Below, in pieces: positions 8,800-17,539 of a stretch of DNA of 63,235 bases (the first letter of the stretch is position 1; each line of letters begins with the position of its first letter). Origin of the DNA: Candidatus Levyibacteriota bacterium. GTDB taxonomy: Bacteria > Patescibacteriota > Microgenomatia > Levybacterales > UBA12049. The stretch is from NCBI GenBank assembly GCA_016217835.1, contig JACRFQ010000043.1, positions 1 through 63,235 on the forward strand, read 5' to 3'. A model generated the notes under the pieces. That model worked only from the letters and a program-made list of their open reading frames with translations, was not told the DNA's origin and searched no databases. The translations under genes were made by a program, and so were the position numbers.

Positions 8800-9984
8800 T
8801 CAATCTTTAATTTTATACTGCTTGTAGAGAAGAAAGCCTGTGATAAGAGGAAAAATTGCGATTGCAATCATCCAATCTTTGGCCATCTGTTCTTTATTGT
8901 AAAGAGTAAAAAGAATTAAAAGGAAAATATAACTTATTACTCTTGCAAATCCCAATATCCCATCTCTCTCCAAAAGCATGTGATATTTTTTTTGCCAGGG
9001 GAGTTTATTTTCATCAATAGTATTAAGGATAGCAAGGGATAAAGGAATACTAAAAAACGGAGTAGCTAAGCCATTGATTAATCCAAAAAGAAAAATTCCA
9101 AGCCAATTCTGGAATACGGCAAAAATAACAATGCTTACTGCCGTTCCCAGAGTCCCCGCAATATAAAGCCAGCTGTGTTTAGCTAATAATTTTGTTCCAA
9201 TAATAGATGTTAAGGCAATAAATAAAAGCATGCCTGTTCTAGTACCTCCTATTAAAGATTCATTTTTAAGAATAAGAAATAGGAGAATTGCAAATATTGT
9301 ATTAAAAGCGGCGTCATAAAGTCCTCCTATAAAATTTTGCCCTAAAACTATTTTCCATTTTCTGCTTCTTTGGTGATTTATTAAGTCCTTAAAAGAAAAT
9401 TCTATTCCTGTAAACTTAGGAAGTTTTTTGGTATTTATAGCAAGAAAAAGATTGATAAAAACCACTATAAGAAATAAAAAGTAATAACCCGCATAGGAAT
9501 TTTTTGTTAAATAATTAACCGCCATTACAATTACTCCGCCAAATATTGGTCCAAAAGCTGCGGCAATTTGAATAAGAGAAAGACTTTTCCCAAAATAAGC
9601 ATTTCTTGAATGTTTATTAGTTAAAATATATTGTAGTAAATTAAATCCGCTCCAGAAATTTCCGGCGGAAATTCCAAATATTAAACCTATCAGTGAAAGA
9701 TAGTTAACAGCATTTGCTTGAAGTAAAATTACAAGAAGGTAGGCTAATATGCTTATTATAAAACTACTCCCGATAAGTAAATGTGTAGAGTGCTTCTTGA
9801 GTAAAAATCCTGAAAAAAGATAAGTAAATAAAAGAGAAATAAATAAAAATAAATTAAAAATTACAGTTCCCGGAAATCCCGATAATCTAAAAACATAAAT
9901 TTGTAAGAATATTCCGGCTAAAGCTGAAGCAAAAGTAGAAATAACAAGAGTAAAAATTAAATGATTTTCTTCACGGCTTAACAT
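8800..9984 (-). CDS. MFS-type polytopic membrane transporter
   Basis: The 394-aa product has about 12 hydrophobic helices arranged 6+6 around a basic loop (HQRSRKWK). The substrate cannot be assigned. Confidence 0.65.
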   Translation of the reverse strand: MLSREENHLIFTLVISTFASALAGIFLQIYVFRLSGFPGTVIFNLFLFISLLFTYLFSGFLLKKHSTHLLIGSSFIISILAYLLVILLQANAVNYLSLIGLIFGISAGNFWSGFNLLQYILTNKHSRNAYFGKSLSLIQIAAAFGPIFGGVIVMAVNYLTKNSYAGYYFLFLIVVFINLFLAINTKKLPKFTGIEFSFKDLINHQRSRKWKIVLGQNFIGGLYDAAFNTIFAILLFLILKNESLIGGTRTGMLLFIALTSIIGTKLLAKHSWLYIAGTLGTAVSIVIFAVFQNWLGIFLFGLINGLATPFFSIPLSLAILNTIDENKLPWQKKYHMLLERDGILGFARVISYIFLLILFTLYNKEQMAKDWMIAIAIFPLITGFLLYKQYKIKD

Positions 9985-9991
9985 TAGTTAT

Positions 9992-9997
9992 ATTATA
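9992..9997 (-). promoter_or_regulatory. -10 box TATAAT (minus strand), 7 nt upstream of the MFS start codon
   Basis: The plus strand reads ATTATA at 9992-9997. The start codon complement is at 9982-9984. Confidence 0.4.
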
Positions 9998-10123
9998 TCC
10001 ATTTTATATTTTTATATAAAGTTTTATTTAATTATAAAATAAGCAGGATTAACCATTCCTTTAGGGTCGGACAGGCGTTTATTCCATAGAGCTGCTTCTC
10101 CGGAGCCGACTAGCTATGGTAGA

Positions 10124-10588
10124 ATGAAATTAATAATGTCAGGATTAAAACTAAGGATTATATCTTTACTGGTAAGTTACATTTCCTACTCTTGTTTAAC
10201 TGTTTTCTTTAGTTCTTTAATATTTTTGTTATTTTGGTATTTAAATACGGGTATTTTAATTCAGCATTTAATTGAGCTAAATAATTTAGATTTTAATGGC
10301 CTTGTTAGAGACTTATTGTTTTGGTCTACGATAGTTATGCTTTTTTCCGAAATTATAAAAAAGAAAATAAAAATAAAAATAGACAGTAAAATATTAATAT
10401 TATTATCCGTAGTTTTATTTATTGTTTATTCAATATTATTTACTATTCCGTTTTTGAGAACAGATGATTTAGATATTCAGGCAACCATTTTTGGCTTTTG
10501 GGCAATCTCTTTAATGTTTTTAAGTATTTATATTGGTATAAATTGGGCATTGAAATTAATCAGTAATAATTTGAAAAATAAGCGATAA
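10124..10588 (+). CDS. hypothetical small polytopic membrane protein (start possibly ATG 10136)
   Basis: There are four hydrophobic segments and no recognisable family. A TGgTAGAAT box at 10117-10125 overlaps the first ATG. Confidence 0.55.
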   Translation: MKLIMSGLKLRIISLLVSYISYSCLTVFFSSLIFLLFWYLNTGILIQHLIELNNLDFNGLVRDLLFWSTIVMLFSEIIKKKIKIKIDSKILILLSVVLFIVYSILFTIPFLRTDDLDIQATIFGFWAISLMFLSIYIGINWALKLISNNLKNKR

Positions 10589-10621
10589 TGTTGTCTATCC
10601 CACGGAGCATAAATACAACTA

Positions 10622-10650
10622 TTGACACCAAGAATTGTTTTGGATATGCT
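10622..10650 (+). promoter_or_regulatory. sigma70-like promoter TTGACA - 17 nt - TATGCT
   Basis: TTGACA at 10622-10627 and TATGCT at 10645-10650, with the ATG at 10662. Confidence 0.5.
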
Positions 10651-10661
10651 AATTTAGTTAG

Positions 10662-11147
10662 ATGAAAGAGCTTTTTAAAAATAAAAAATTGGTTTTAGCA
10701 GTGGGAATTGTAGTTTTACTCGTTATATTTTTAGGATTTTTACTTTTAAGCAATAAATCTTTAACCACTCAAAATACTCAAGATACAACTGCGTTGCCAA
10801 CTCAAATTCCGGTGCCTACAATCACAGCTGATTCGCTTGGTCTTACGCTTAAGCAAGATGCAGCGGGTAAAAATGCAATTATAGAAATTAGTAACCCGCA
10901 AGGAATTTCAGATATAGAAGCTACACTTTCTTATTCTGCAACAGTTAATGGAGAAGATGTAGATAGGGGAGCCTTGGTAAAAATTGATCCTACTAAAAAG
11001 CCCGTTACAAAAACAGTTCCATTTGGAACGTGTTCGGATGTTTGTCATTATGATACAGGTGTAAAAAACGTAAAAATAATTTTAAAAATTACAAAAACAG
11101 ACGGCAAAGTCTATCAAGCAGAGCAAGTACTTTCTTCCCTCGAGTAA
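10662..11147 (+). CDS. hypothetical membrane-anchored secreted protein
   Basis: The N-terminal TM helix is LVLAVGIVVLLVIFLGFLLL. A Thr/Gln/Pro linker and a beta-rich domain of about 100 aa follow. Confidence 0.6.
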   Translation: MKELFKNKKLVLAVGIVVLLVIFLGFLLLSNKSLTTQNTQDTTALPTQIPVPTITADSLGLTLKQDAAGKNAIIEISNPQGISDIEATLSYSATVNGEDVDRGALVKIDPTKKPVTKTVPFGTCSDVCHYDTGVKNVKIILKITKTDGKVYQAEQVLSSLE

Positions 11148-11168
11148 CCTTTTTTAAAAATATTTTAC

Positions 11169-11196
11169 AAAATCACTAGATATAGTGATTTTTTTT
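11169..11196 (+). terminator. Rho-independent terminator
   Basis: AAAATCACTA-GATA-TAGTGATTTT forms a 10-bp stem with a 4-nt loop and runs into a T-tract, 22 nt after the stop of the 10662 gene. Confidence 0.7.
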
Positions 11197-11227
11197 GTTT
11201 TTAACACTACAAAATGCTATTTACCTC

Positions 11228-11256
11228 TTGACAGCTTATAAAAACTGGCGCAAAAT
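11228..11256 (+). promoter_or_regulatory. dcw (Pmra-like) promoter TTGACA - 17 nt - CAAAAT
   Basis: TTGACA at 11228-11233 and CAAAAT at 11251-11256, immediately upstream of the MraZ boxes. Confidence 0.5.
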
Positions 11257-11264
11257 GATAGAAA

Positions 11265-11290
11265 GTGGGACAGATTGGGAAATAGTGGGA
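11265..11290 (+). promoter_or_regulatory. MraZ operator: three direct repeats GTGGGA / TTGGGA / GTGGGA at exact 10-nt spacing
   Basis: The repeats lie at 11265-11270, 11275-11280 and 11285-11290, about 36 nt upstream of mraZ. This matches the known MraZ binding-site architecture of GTGGG-type repeats with 10-nt periodicity. Confidence 0.75.
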
Positions 11291-11325
11291 CACTTTAGGC
11301 AGGCCCCATATCGCGGGTTAAAGAT

Positions 11326-11775
11326 ATGTTAATAGGACAACATGATGGAAAAATTGATGACAAAGGCCGGACAGCGTTACCTAAAAAATTCAGAGAAGTT
11401 TTGGGTGATAAGTTAATTATTACGTTTGGTTATGAAAACTCGCTTATTATCGTATCGCAAGAAAATTGGAAAGCCTTACTCGAGGGTACAGAAGGAAGAC
11501 CTTTTATTGAATCCGATACAAGAGAAACGCAAAGGTTTTTACTCGGGGGAGCAACGAGTGTCGAGCTTGACAATAAAGGAAGGTTTGTATTACCAGCTTA
11601 TCTTAGAGAATTTGCAAAAATTAAAGATAATGTCGTATTCCTAGGCTTATCAAGATATGTTGAAATTTGGGATAAAGACAGATGGAGTCAATATCAAAAG
11701 AACCTTGAAAAAAATATAGATACTATTTCCCAAAGACTTGTAGAAAAAGAGAAAAGGAAAAAAAGCGATGAATAA
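11326..11775 (+). CDS. mraZ: transcriptional regulator MraZ
   Basis: Two SpoVT/AbrB-like halves carry the DxxGR motifs (IDDKGRTALPKKF and LDNKGRFVLPAYL). It is the first gene of the dcw cluster. Confidence 0.95.
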   Translation: MLIGQHDGKIDDKGRTALPKKFREVLGDKLIITFGYENSLIIVSQENWKALLEGTEGRPFIESDTRETQRFLLGGATSVELDNKGRFVLPAYLREFAKIKDNVVFLGLSRYVEIWDKDRWSQYQKNLEKNIDTISQRLVEKEKRKKSDE

Positions 11776-12664
11776 TTTTCATGCGCCGGTTCTTTTAAAA
11801 GAAGTAACCGAGTTTTTAAAAATAAAAAAGCAAGAGAAATATATCGATGCAACGCTTGGAGGCGGAGGACACGCGCAAGCTATTTTGAATCTTGGAGGAA
11901 TAGTTTTAGGAATAGACGTTGATCAAGACGCGCTAGATTATGTCAGAAAGAATCAGGAATCAAGAATTAAGAATAAAGAATTGACTTTAGCAAAAGGGAA
12001 TTTTAGAGACATTGAAGAAATTGCACATTTAAATAGTTTTGAAAAGGTTTCGGGGATTTTATTTGATTTAGGAATTTCATCTCATCAGATAGATACGCCC
12101 GAAAGAGGTTTTAGTTTTTTAAAAGAGGGACCGCTTGATATGCGGATGGATAAGGATTTAGGTGTAACTGCCGAAACTCTTGTAAATGTTTTAACGAAAG
12201 GAGAACTTTATGATTTATTTAATAAACTTGGTCAGGAGCATCGTGCTTTTGCCATTTCTGGAAATATTGTCAGGGCCCGTAGAGTAAAAGCGGTTCAAAC
12301 GACTAGTGAGCTTGCAAGGATTATTGAGCAAGCATATGGAATAAGGGGTGATGCGTCTGATTTTACTAAAAACGTAGTTAATAAAAGGGTATTTCAGGCT
12401 CTAAGAATGGCGGTTAATACAGAGCTTGAAAATATCGAGCAAGCTTTGCCAAAGGCAATTTATCTTTTGAAAGGAAAGGCAAGGATAGTAGTTATAAGTT
12501 TTCATTCTTTAGAGGATGGGATAGTAAAAAGAACTTTTAAAGATTTTGAGAAAAAAAATATGGGAAAAATAATTACCGAAAAACCGGTTAGCGTGACTAA
12601 AGAAGAGTTAAAAAAAAATTCAAGGGCGGCAAGCGCAAAATTAAGAGTGTTTGAAAAAAATTAA
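11768..12664 (+). CDS. rsmH: 16S rRNA (cytosine1402-N4)-methyltransferase RsmH
   Basis: The motifs HAPVLLKEV, IDATLGGGGHA, DLGISSHQID and SFHSLEDGIVK are present. Confidence 0.95.
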   Translation: MNNFHAPVLLKEVTEFLKIKKQEKYIDATLGGGGHAQAILNLGGIVLGIDVDQDALDYVRKNQESRIKNKELTLAKGNFRDIEEIAHLNSFEKVSGILFDLGISSHQIDTPERGFSFLKEGPLDMRMDKDLGVTAETLVNVLTKGELYDLFNKLGQEHRAFAISGNIVRARRVKAVQTTSELARIIEQAYGIRGDASDFTKNVVNKRVFQALRMAVNTELENIEQALPKAIYLLKGKARIVVISFHSLEDGIVKRTFKDFEKKNMGKIITEKPVSVTKEELKKNSRAASAKLRVFEKN

Positions 12665-12665
12665 T

Positions 12666-12950
12666 ATGAAAAAACCAGGATTAATGATTTTAACATTAGT
12701 ATTAGTAATTTTAGCATTATCTGTTGTAAAAATATTTATTTCGAATAATGTTTCTACTTCAGGTGTGGTTTTGGGGAAAATTCAGGAAGAGTTGGATAAG
12801 TATAAATTTGAAAATTCAATTATTTCAGAAAAACTATACGTAGCTGCTTCTTTAACAAATGTTTCCAAAGAAGCGCATGATGCAGGATTTATTGATAGCA
12901 AAAGTGATCTTGTTTTAAATAAACAAATTCCCGTTGCTATAAAACAATGA
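12666..12950 (+). CDS. ftsL: FtsL-like small bitopic cell-division protein (track start 12651 is also possible)
   Basis: It has a single TM helix (GLMILTLVLVILALSVVKIFI) plus a short coiled segment. The position between rsmH and ftsI is the conserved one for ftsL. Confidence 0.6.
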   Translation: MKKPGLMILTLVLVILALSVVKIFISNNVSTSGVVLGKIQEELDKYKFENSIISEKLYVAASLTNVSKEAHDAGFIDSKSDLVLNKQIPVAIKQ

Positions 12951-14629
12951 CATGGAGATATCGATTCGTATTTATTGGGATAGTTTTTTGTTTTCTTTTG
13001 GTAGTCGCAAGATTGTTTTATTGGCAGGTTGTTAAGGCTAAGGAATTATCAGCCTTAGGACAGGCTCAGTACGGGACTAATTTAAAAATTTTGCCTCAAA
13101 GAGGAGAAATAAAAACCTCAGACGGATTTCCCATTGCAGGTAATAAAATCACATACTTAGTATTTGCAAATCCTAAAGAAATAAAAAACAAAGGAGAAGT
13201 CTCCGGTATTTTAGCCTCAATCTTAGACTTAGATATTGCTTCTGTAAGCGCCCAGGTTAATTTGGATAGGTTTTGGGTTCCAATAAGATCAGGCGTGGGT
13301 TCAGAAATTAAACAAAAACTAGAGGGTTTGAATCTGCTGGGAATTGGTTTTAATAAGCAATACGAAAGATTTTATCCAGAAAGCTCTATGGCTGCGCAGC
13401 TTTTAGGTTTTGTCGGAAAGGATGATAGCGGAAGCGACAAGGGTTATTTTGGAATTGAGGGTTATTACGATAGGCTTTTAAGAGGCAAAGAGGGATTAGC
13501 TGTGCAGGTTCATGATGCGTTCGGAAGACCAATTCTAGCAAAGATGAATCACGCATCAGGTGCGGTTGACGGGCAGAGTTTGATTTTAAGCATAGACAGA
13601 TCGATTCAATTTTTGGTAGAGAAAAAGCTCAAAGAGGGAATTGAGCAATATGGAGCAACTTCAGGTATGGTTGCCGTAATGGAACCAAAAACTGGAAAAA
13701 TTCTTGCTATGGTCTCTTTTCCCGCATTTGACCCAAGAGAGTATCAAAATTACGACGACAGTCTTTACAAAAATCCTTTTATTTCAGATTTATATGAGCC
13801 GGGTTCTACTTTTAAGCCTTTAGTTATGTCTTCGGCCTTGGATGCAAAAGTGGTTACTCCAGAAACAAAATGTAATATTTGTGAGGGGCCGGTTTCTGTC
13901 AGCGGTTATGAGATCCATACCTGGAACAACAAATACTTTAAAGATATTAACATGATTGAAACCATTCAGCATTCGGATAATACAGGCATGGTGTTTACAG
14001 CCCAGAAATTGGGTTTGGACAGAATGCTTTCATATTTAGGTAGATTTGGGATAGGCAACGATACGGGAATAGATTTGCAAGGGGAGGTTTCGGCGAGTTT
14101 AAAGCCTAAAAATCAGTGGTATGCAGTTGATTTAGCTACAACCGGATTCGGGCAGGGAATATCGGTAACGCCAATAGAGATTTTAAACGGGATTTCTACG
14201 ATTGCCAATGAGGGTAAAAGAATGGAGCCTCATGTTGTTGAGGCTGTGGAGAATTTAGATGGAACTGTGGTAAAAATTCCGCCAAAACTTATAGATACGC
14301 CTATAAATTCGCAAACAGCCAAGATTATGACAGAAATTATGATTAACGCGGTAAATAAGGGAGAAGCGTCTTGGGCCCGTCCTAAGGGCTACAGAATAGC
14401 CGGAAAAACAGGAACAGCTTCTATTCCGATTCAAGGTCATTATGATCCTAATCAGACAATTGCTTCCTTTGTCGGTTTTGCGCCTGCTGATAATCCCAAA
14501 TTTACCATGCTTGTTATTTACAATAGACCGACTACTTCGATTTATGGGGCTGAGACAGCTGCGCCGACGTTTTTTAAGATTGCAAAATCCATTCTTGAAT
14601 ACTATGGTATCCCGCCAGAAGGGGAATAA
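12947..14629 (+). CDS. ftsI: penicillin-binding protein 2/3-type transpeptidase (FtsI-like)
   Basis: An N-terminal TM helix is present. The class B PBP motifs are STFK (GSTFKPLV), SDN (HSDNTG) and KTGT (AGKTGTAS). Confidence 0.9.
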   Translation: MTWRYRFVFIGIVFCFLLVVARLFYWQVVKAKELSALGQAQYGTNLKILPQRGEIKTSDGFPIAGNKITYLVFANPKEIKNKGEVSGILASILDLDIASVSAQVNLDRFWVPIRSGVGSEIKQKLEGLNLLGIGFNKQYERFYPESSMAAQLLGFVGKDDSGSDKGYFGIEGYYDRLLRGKEGLAVQVHDAFGRPILAKMNHASGAVDGQSLILSIDRSIQFLVEKKLKEGIEQYGATSGMVAVMEPKTGKILAMVSFPAFDPREYQNYDDSLYKNPFISDLYEPGSTFKPLVMSSALDAKVVTPETKCNICEGPVSVSGYEIHTWNNKYFKDINMIETIQHSDNTGMVFTAQKLGLDRMLSYLGRFGIGNDTGIDLQGEVSASLKPKNQWYAVDLATTGFGQGISVTPIEILNGISTIANEGKRMEPHVVEAVENLDGTVVKIPPKLIDTPINSQTAKIMTEIMINAVNKGEASWARPKGYRIAGKTGTASIPIQGHYDPNQTIASFVGFAPADNPKFTMLVIYNRPTTSIYGAETAAPTFFKIAKSILEYYGIPPEGE

Positions 14630-14631
14630 GT

Positions 14632-14637
14632 TATAAT
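14632..14637 (+). promoter_or_regulatory. -10 box TATAAT, 6 nt upstream of the murF ATG
   Basis: Read directly. The ATG is at 14644. Confidence 0.35.
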
Positions 14638-14643
14638 ACGCGT

Positions 14644-15978
14644 ATGAAAGAAAGGTTAATTTTATTTGTTCTTTGGTATTTAAGATTCTTTGCTAAACTT
14701 CAGATTAAAAAAATAAATCCGCTTATTATTGGTGTTGGAGGTGCAAGCGGAAAAACTTCGCTTTCTAACTTTATCCAGATTATTTTTAGTAAAAAATATA
14801 CAGTTAGGCAGGGAAAGGGTAAAAATAGCGAAACAGGCATACCTTTAGATATTTTAAAGTTAAATATTAAAAATTATACACATTCTGAATGGTTAAAAGC
14901 ATTGATTTTAGCACCCATAAGAGTGCTATTTGATTGGGAAAAATTTGATATTTATATTGCTGAAATGGGTATAGATAGTCCGGTTGAGCCCAAAAATATG
15001 TCATATCTTTTAAAAATTATTCAACCCAAAATTAGTGCTTTAACCAATATTTCTTTTGAGCACAGTGTTTATTTTGATCCCTTAGTTAAGGAAGAGAGTT
15101 TATCGCAAAGGGAAGAAGATATTTTAAGATTAACAGCCAAACAGGAAAGCTTACTTCTTACATCTTTAAATCAAGATGGAACCGCAGTTTTAAATATTGA
15201 TGATGAAAACATTGCAAAAGTAAAAAATCAAATAACTTCTCAAGTTTTAACAGTTTCTGGGAAAGATAAAAATGCAGATTTTTATATAGAAAACATTAAA
15301 AATTTTGTAAATGAATTTGTTCTTAGTTTTAAGTTTAAAAATAAAAATTATACACTTAAAATAGAAAATCCCCTGCCCTTACACTTTGCTTATTCATTTA
15401 TACTTGCTATAGCTATCGCAGACGCAGGTAATATTGAGATTGAAGATGCGATTAAGGCTTTGGAAGAAGGATTTTTTCTTCCGCCCGGAAGGATGAGTGT
15501 TTTTAAGGGTATAAAAAATACAGTCATTATTGACTCTTCTTATAATAATGCAACGTTAACTCCTATTTTAGATCTTTTGTCTTTTGTAAAAGATATAGGA
15601 AAACAAAGGCGGAGGATTGGTATTATTGGGGATATGCGCGAGCTTGGCACAATGAGTAAGGCTTTACACGAGCAAGTTGCCGGAAAAATTTTAGAAAGCT
15701 TAGATATTGCCATACTCATAGGTCCTTTATCGACAGAGTATATAGTTCCTATTTTAAAAAGAAATGATTTTCCATACTATTCTTTCTTAAATTTTAGTTT
15801 AGCAAAAAAAACAATTCTTGATTTGATAAAACCTAAAGACATGATTCTAATAAAAGGCTCACAAAATACCCTTTTTTTGGAGCGTGCCGTTGAAATACTT
15901 CTTCAAGATTCAAAAGATGTTGATAAGCTTTGTAGACGGGGACAATATTGGGAAGCAATAAGAGATAAAACGCCTTAA
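14644..15978 (+). CDS. murF: Mur ligase, MurF-like (UDP-MurNAc-tripeptide--D-Ala-D-Ala ligase) lacking most of the N-terminal domain
   Basis: The motifs are the P-loop GVGGASGKTS, KNSETGIPLDIL (MurF-type NxxIGxPL) and DSSYNNA. The P-loop lies only about 30 residues from the N-terminus. Confidence 0.75.
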   Translation: MKERLILFVLWYLRFFAKLQIKKINPLIIGVGGASGKTSLSNFIQIIFSKKYTVRQGKGKNSETGIPLDILKLNIKNYTHSEWLKALILAPIRVLFDWEKFDIYIAEMGIDSPVEPKNMSYLLKIIQPKISALTNISFEHSVYFDPLVKEESLSQREEDILRLTAKQESLLLTSLNQDGTAVLNIDDENIAKVKNQITSQVLTVSGKDKNADFYIENIKNFVNEFVLSFKFKNKNYTLKIENPLPLHFAYSFILAIAIADAGNIEIEDAIKALEEGFFLPPGRMSVFKGIKNTVIIDSSYNNATLTPILDLLSFVKDIGKQRRRIGIIGDMRELGTMSKALHEQVAGKILESLDIAILIGPLSTEYIVPILKRNDFPYYSFLNFSLAKKTILDLIKPKDMILIKGSQNTLFLERAVEILLQDSKDVDKLCRRGQYWEAIRDKTP

Positions 15979-15979
15979 A

Positions 15980-16297
15980 TTAAAATTTTAATATGCTGCC
16001 TATATTTATACCTAATTTTTTGATTGTTCCTTCCGGCATCTCGATTACCGTATTGTATTTAGGATTCCAAAAAACAATTTTTTTGGGCTTTATAGATTTT
16101 TTAGTAATCATTACCTCGTTGTTTTTAGAAAGGATTACAATATCTATTGGGAATTTAAGAAAAAAAGTATGGATTCCAAAGTGTGTTTTAAATATTACTA
16201 CCTGGGGTTTTTCTTCTCCCATTAGTCCAATAATTTTTTTAACGCCTTTTAATTGCAAAGGTGTTTTTAGAGTAACTATCTTGTCATTTTTAAGCAT
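15980..16297 (-). CDS. DUF192 domain-containing protein
   Basis: The DUF192 pattern is GLMG..GIHTFFLKFPIDIVILSKNNEV..VIEMPEGTIKKLGINIGS. It is encoded antisense to the surrounding dcw genes. Confidence 0.75.
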   Translation of the reverse strand: MLKNDKIVTLKTPLQLKGVKKIIGLMGEEKPQVVIFKTHFGIHTFFLKFPIDIVILSKNNEVMITKKSIKPKKIVFWNPKYNTVIEMPEGTIKKLGINIGSILKF

Positions 16298-16338
16298 AAT
16301 TAATTATTGAAAAACTAGAGAATAGCTTTAATAAAAGG

Positions 16339-16344
16339 TATAAT
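16339..16344 (+). promoter_or_regulatory. -10 box TATAAT, 7 nt upstream of the murE ATG
   Basis: Read directly. The ATG is at 16352. Confidence 0.4.
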
Positions 16345-16351
16345 AGCAGAC

Positions 16352-17539
16352 ATGTGGCAAAAAATTAAGAACAAATATCATTTACTTATAGCAATTGTAG
16401 CAAATATTATATTTTTGTTTCCCTCAAGGGGAATGAGGGTTATTGCGGTTACCGGAACAGACGGGAAAACAACAACGGTAAATTTAATTTATCATATTTT
16501 AAAAACTGCAGGTTATAGGGTTTCAATGATTTCAAGCGTTGGCGCAACTATAGATGATAAAAATTATGACACGGGTTTTCATGTTACAACCCCTAGTTCT
16601 TTTTTATTACAGAAATTTTTAAAAAAAGCAAAAGATGCAAAAACCCAGTTTTTTGTTTTAGAAGTAACTTCTCATGCTATTGATCAAAATAGAATTTTTG
16701 GTATTAAGTTTGATATAGCAGTTTTAACTAATGTTACAAAAGAGCATCTTGATTATCATAAGGATTTTAAAAATTATTTAAATACAAAAGCAAAACTTTT
16801 AAAACTGGCAAAATTTTGTGTAATTAACAGAGATGATAAATCTTATGATTATTTATCCGGTATTAAAAATTATGGTAATAATTTAAAGACATTTGGTTTA
16901 TCAAAAAACTCAGACGTTAACCCGTTGAATTTTAACCTTGATAATTTTGATTTTATCGGAGATTTTAATAAATATAATATTTGGGCTGCTACGTCTGTTG
17001 CTAGGGTTTTAGGATTAAGAGATGAGAATATTAAGAAAGCGCTTAAAAATTTTAAAATGCCAGTTGGCAGAGCTAACTATGTTTACAAAAAAGATTTTAG
17101 CGTCATGATAGATTTTGCTCATACTTCCAATGCTTTCGAAAAAATATTAAGTTCTGTCAGGCCAATTGTAAAAGCAAAGATAATTCATGTTTTTGGAAGC
17201 GCCGGGGAAAGAGATAAAGAAAAAAGACCCTTTTTGGGCAAGATTTCTTCTAAATATAGTGACATTATTATTTTAACAGCAGAGGACCCAAGAAGTGAAA
17301 ATGTTAAGACAATTGTTTCAGAAATCGATGCGGGAATTCAAAAAAATAAATCTAAGGTTATTAAAATTTTAGATAGAAAAGAAGCAATTAATAAAGCAAT
17401 ACAAATGGCAAGAAAGGGCGATTTGGTTTTAATTACAGGAAAGGCGCAGGAAGCATCGATGAATTTAGGAAATGGTGAAGTACCTTGGGATGAATTTGAA
17501 GTTGTTAAAGATGTTTTAAATAATATAAAAATCAACTAA
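16352..17539 (+). CDS. murE: Mur ligase, MurE-like (UDP-MurNAc-L-Ala-D-Glu--diamino acid ligase) with truncated N-terminal domain
   Basis: The motifs VIAVTGTDGKTTT, VLEVTSHA, IDFAHTSNAF and GSAGERDKEKRPFLG match MurE. The protein is 395 aa and the P-loop lies at about residue 35. Confidence 0.8.
   Translation: MWQKIKNKYHLLIAIVANIIFLFPSRGMRVIAVTGTDGKTTTVNLIYHILKTAGYRVSMISSVGATIDDKNYDTGFHVTTPSSFLLQKFLKKAKDAKTQFFVLEVTSHAIDQNRIFGIKFDIAVLTNVTKEHLDYHKDFKNYLNTKAKLLKLAKFCVINRDDKSYDYLSGIKNYGNNLKTFGLSKNSDVNPLNFNLDNFDFIGDFNKYNIWAATSVARVLGLRDENIKKALKNFKMPVGRANYVYKKDFSVMIDFAHTSNAFEKILSSVRPIVKAKIIHVFGSAGERDKEKRPFLGKISSKYSDIIILTAEDPRSENVKTIVSEIDAGIQKNKSKVIKILDRKEAINKAIQMARKGDLVLITGKAQEASMNLGNGEVPWDEFEVVKDVLNNIKIN

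Noticed and set aside
15993-16310. 105-aa plus-strand ORF that mirrors the DUF192 gene almost exactly
   Set aside because: The minus-strand translation carries the DUF192 motifs (GLMG, FPIDIVIL, VIEMPEG). The plus-strand product is hydrophobic low-complexity sequence with no recognisable features. I treat it as an antisense shadow ORF.
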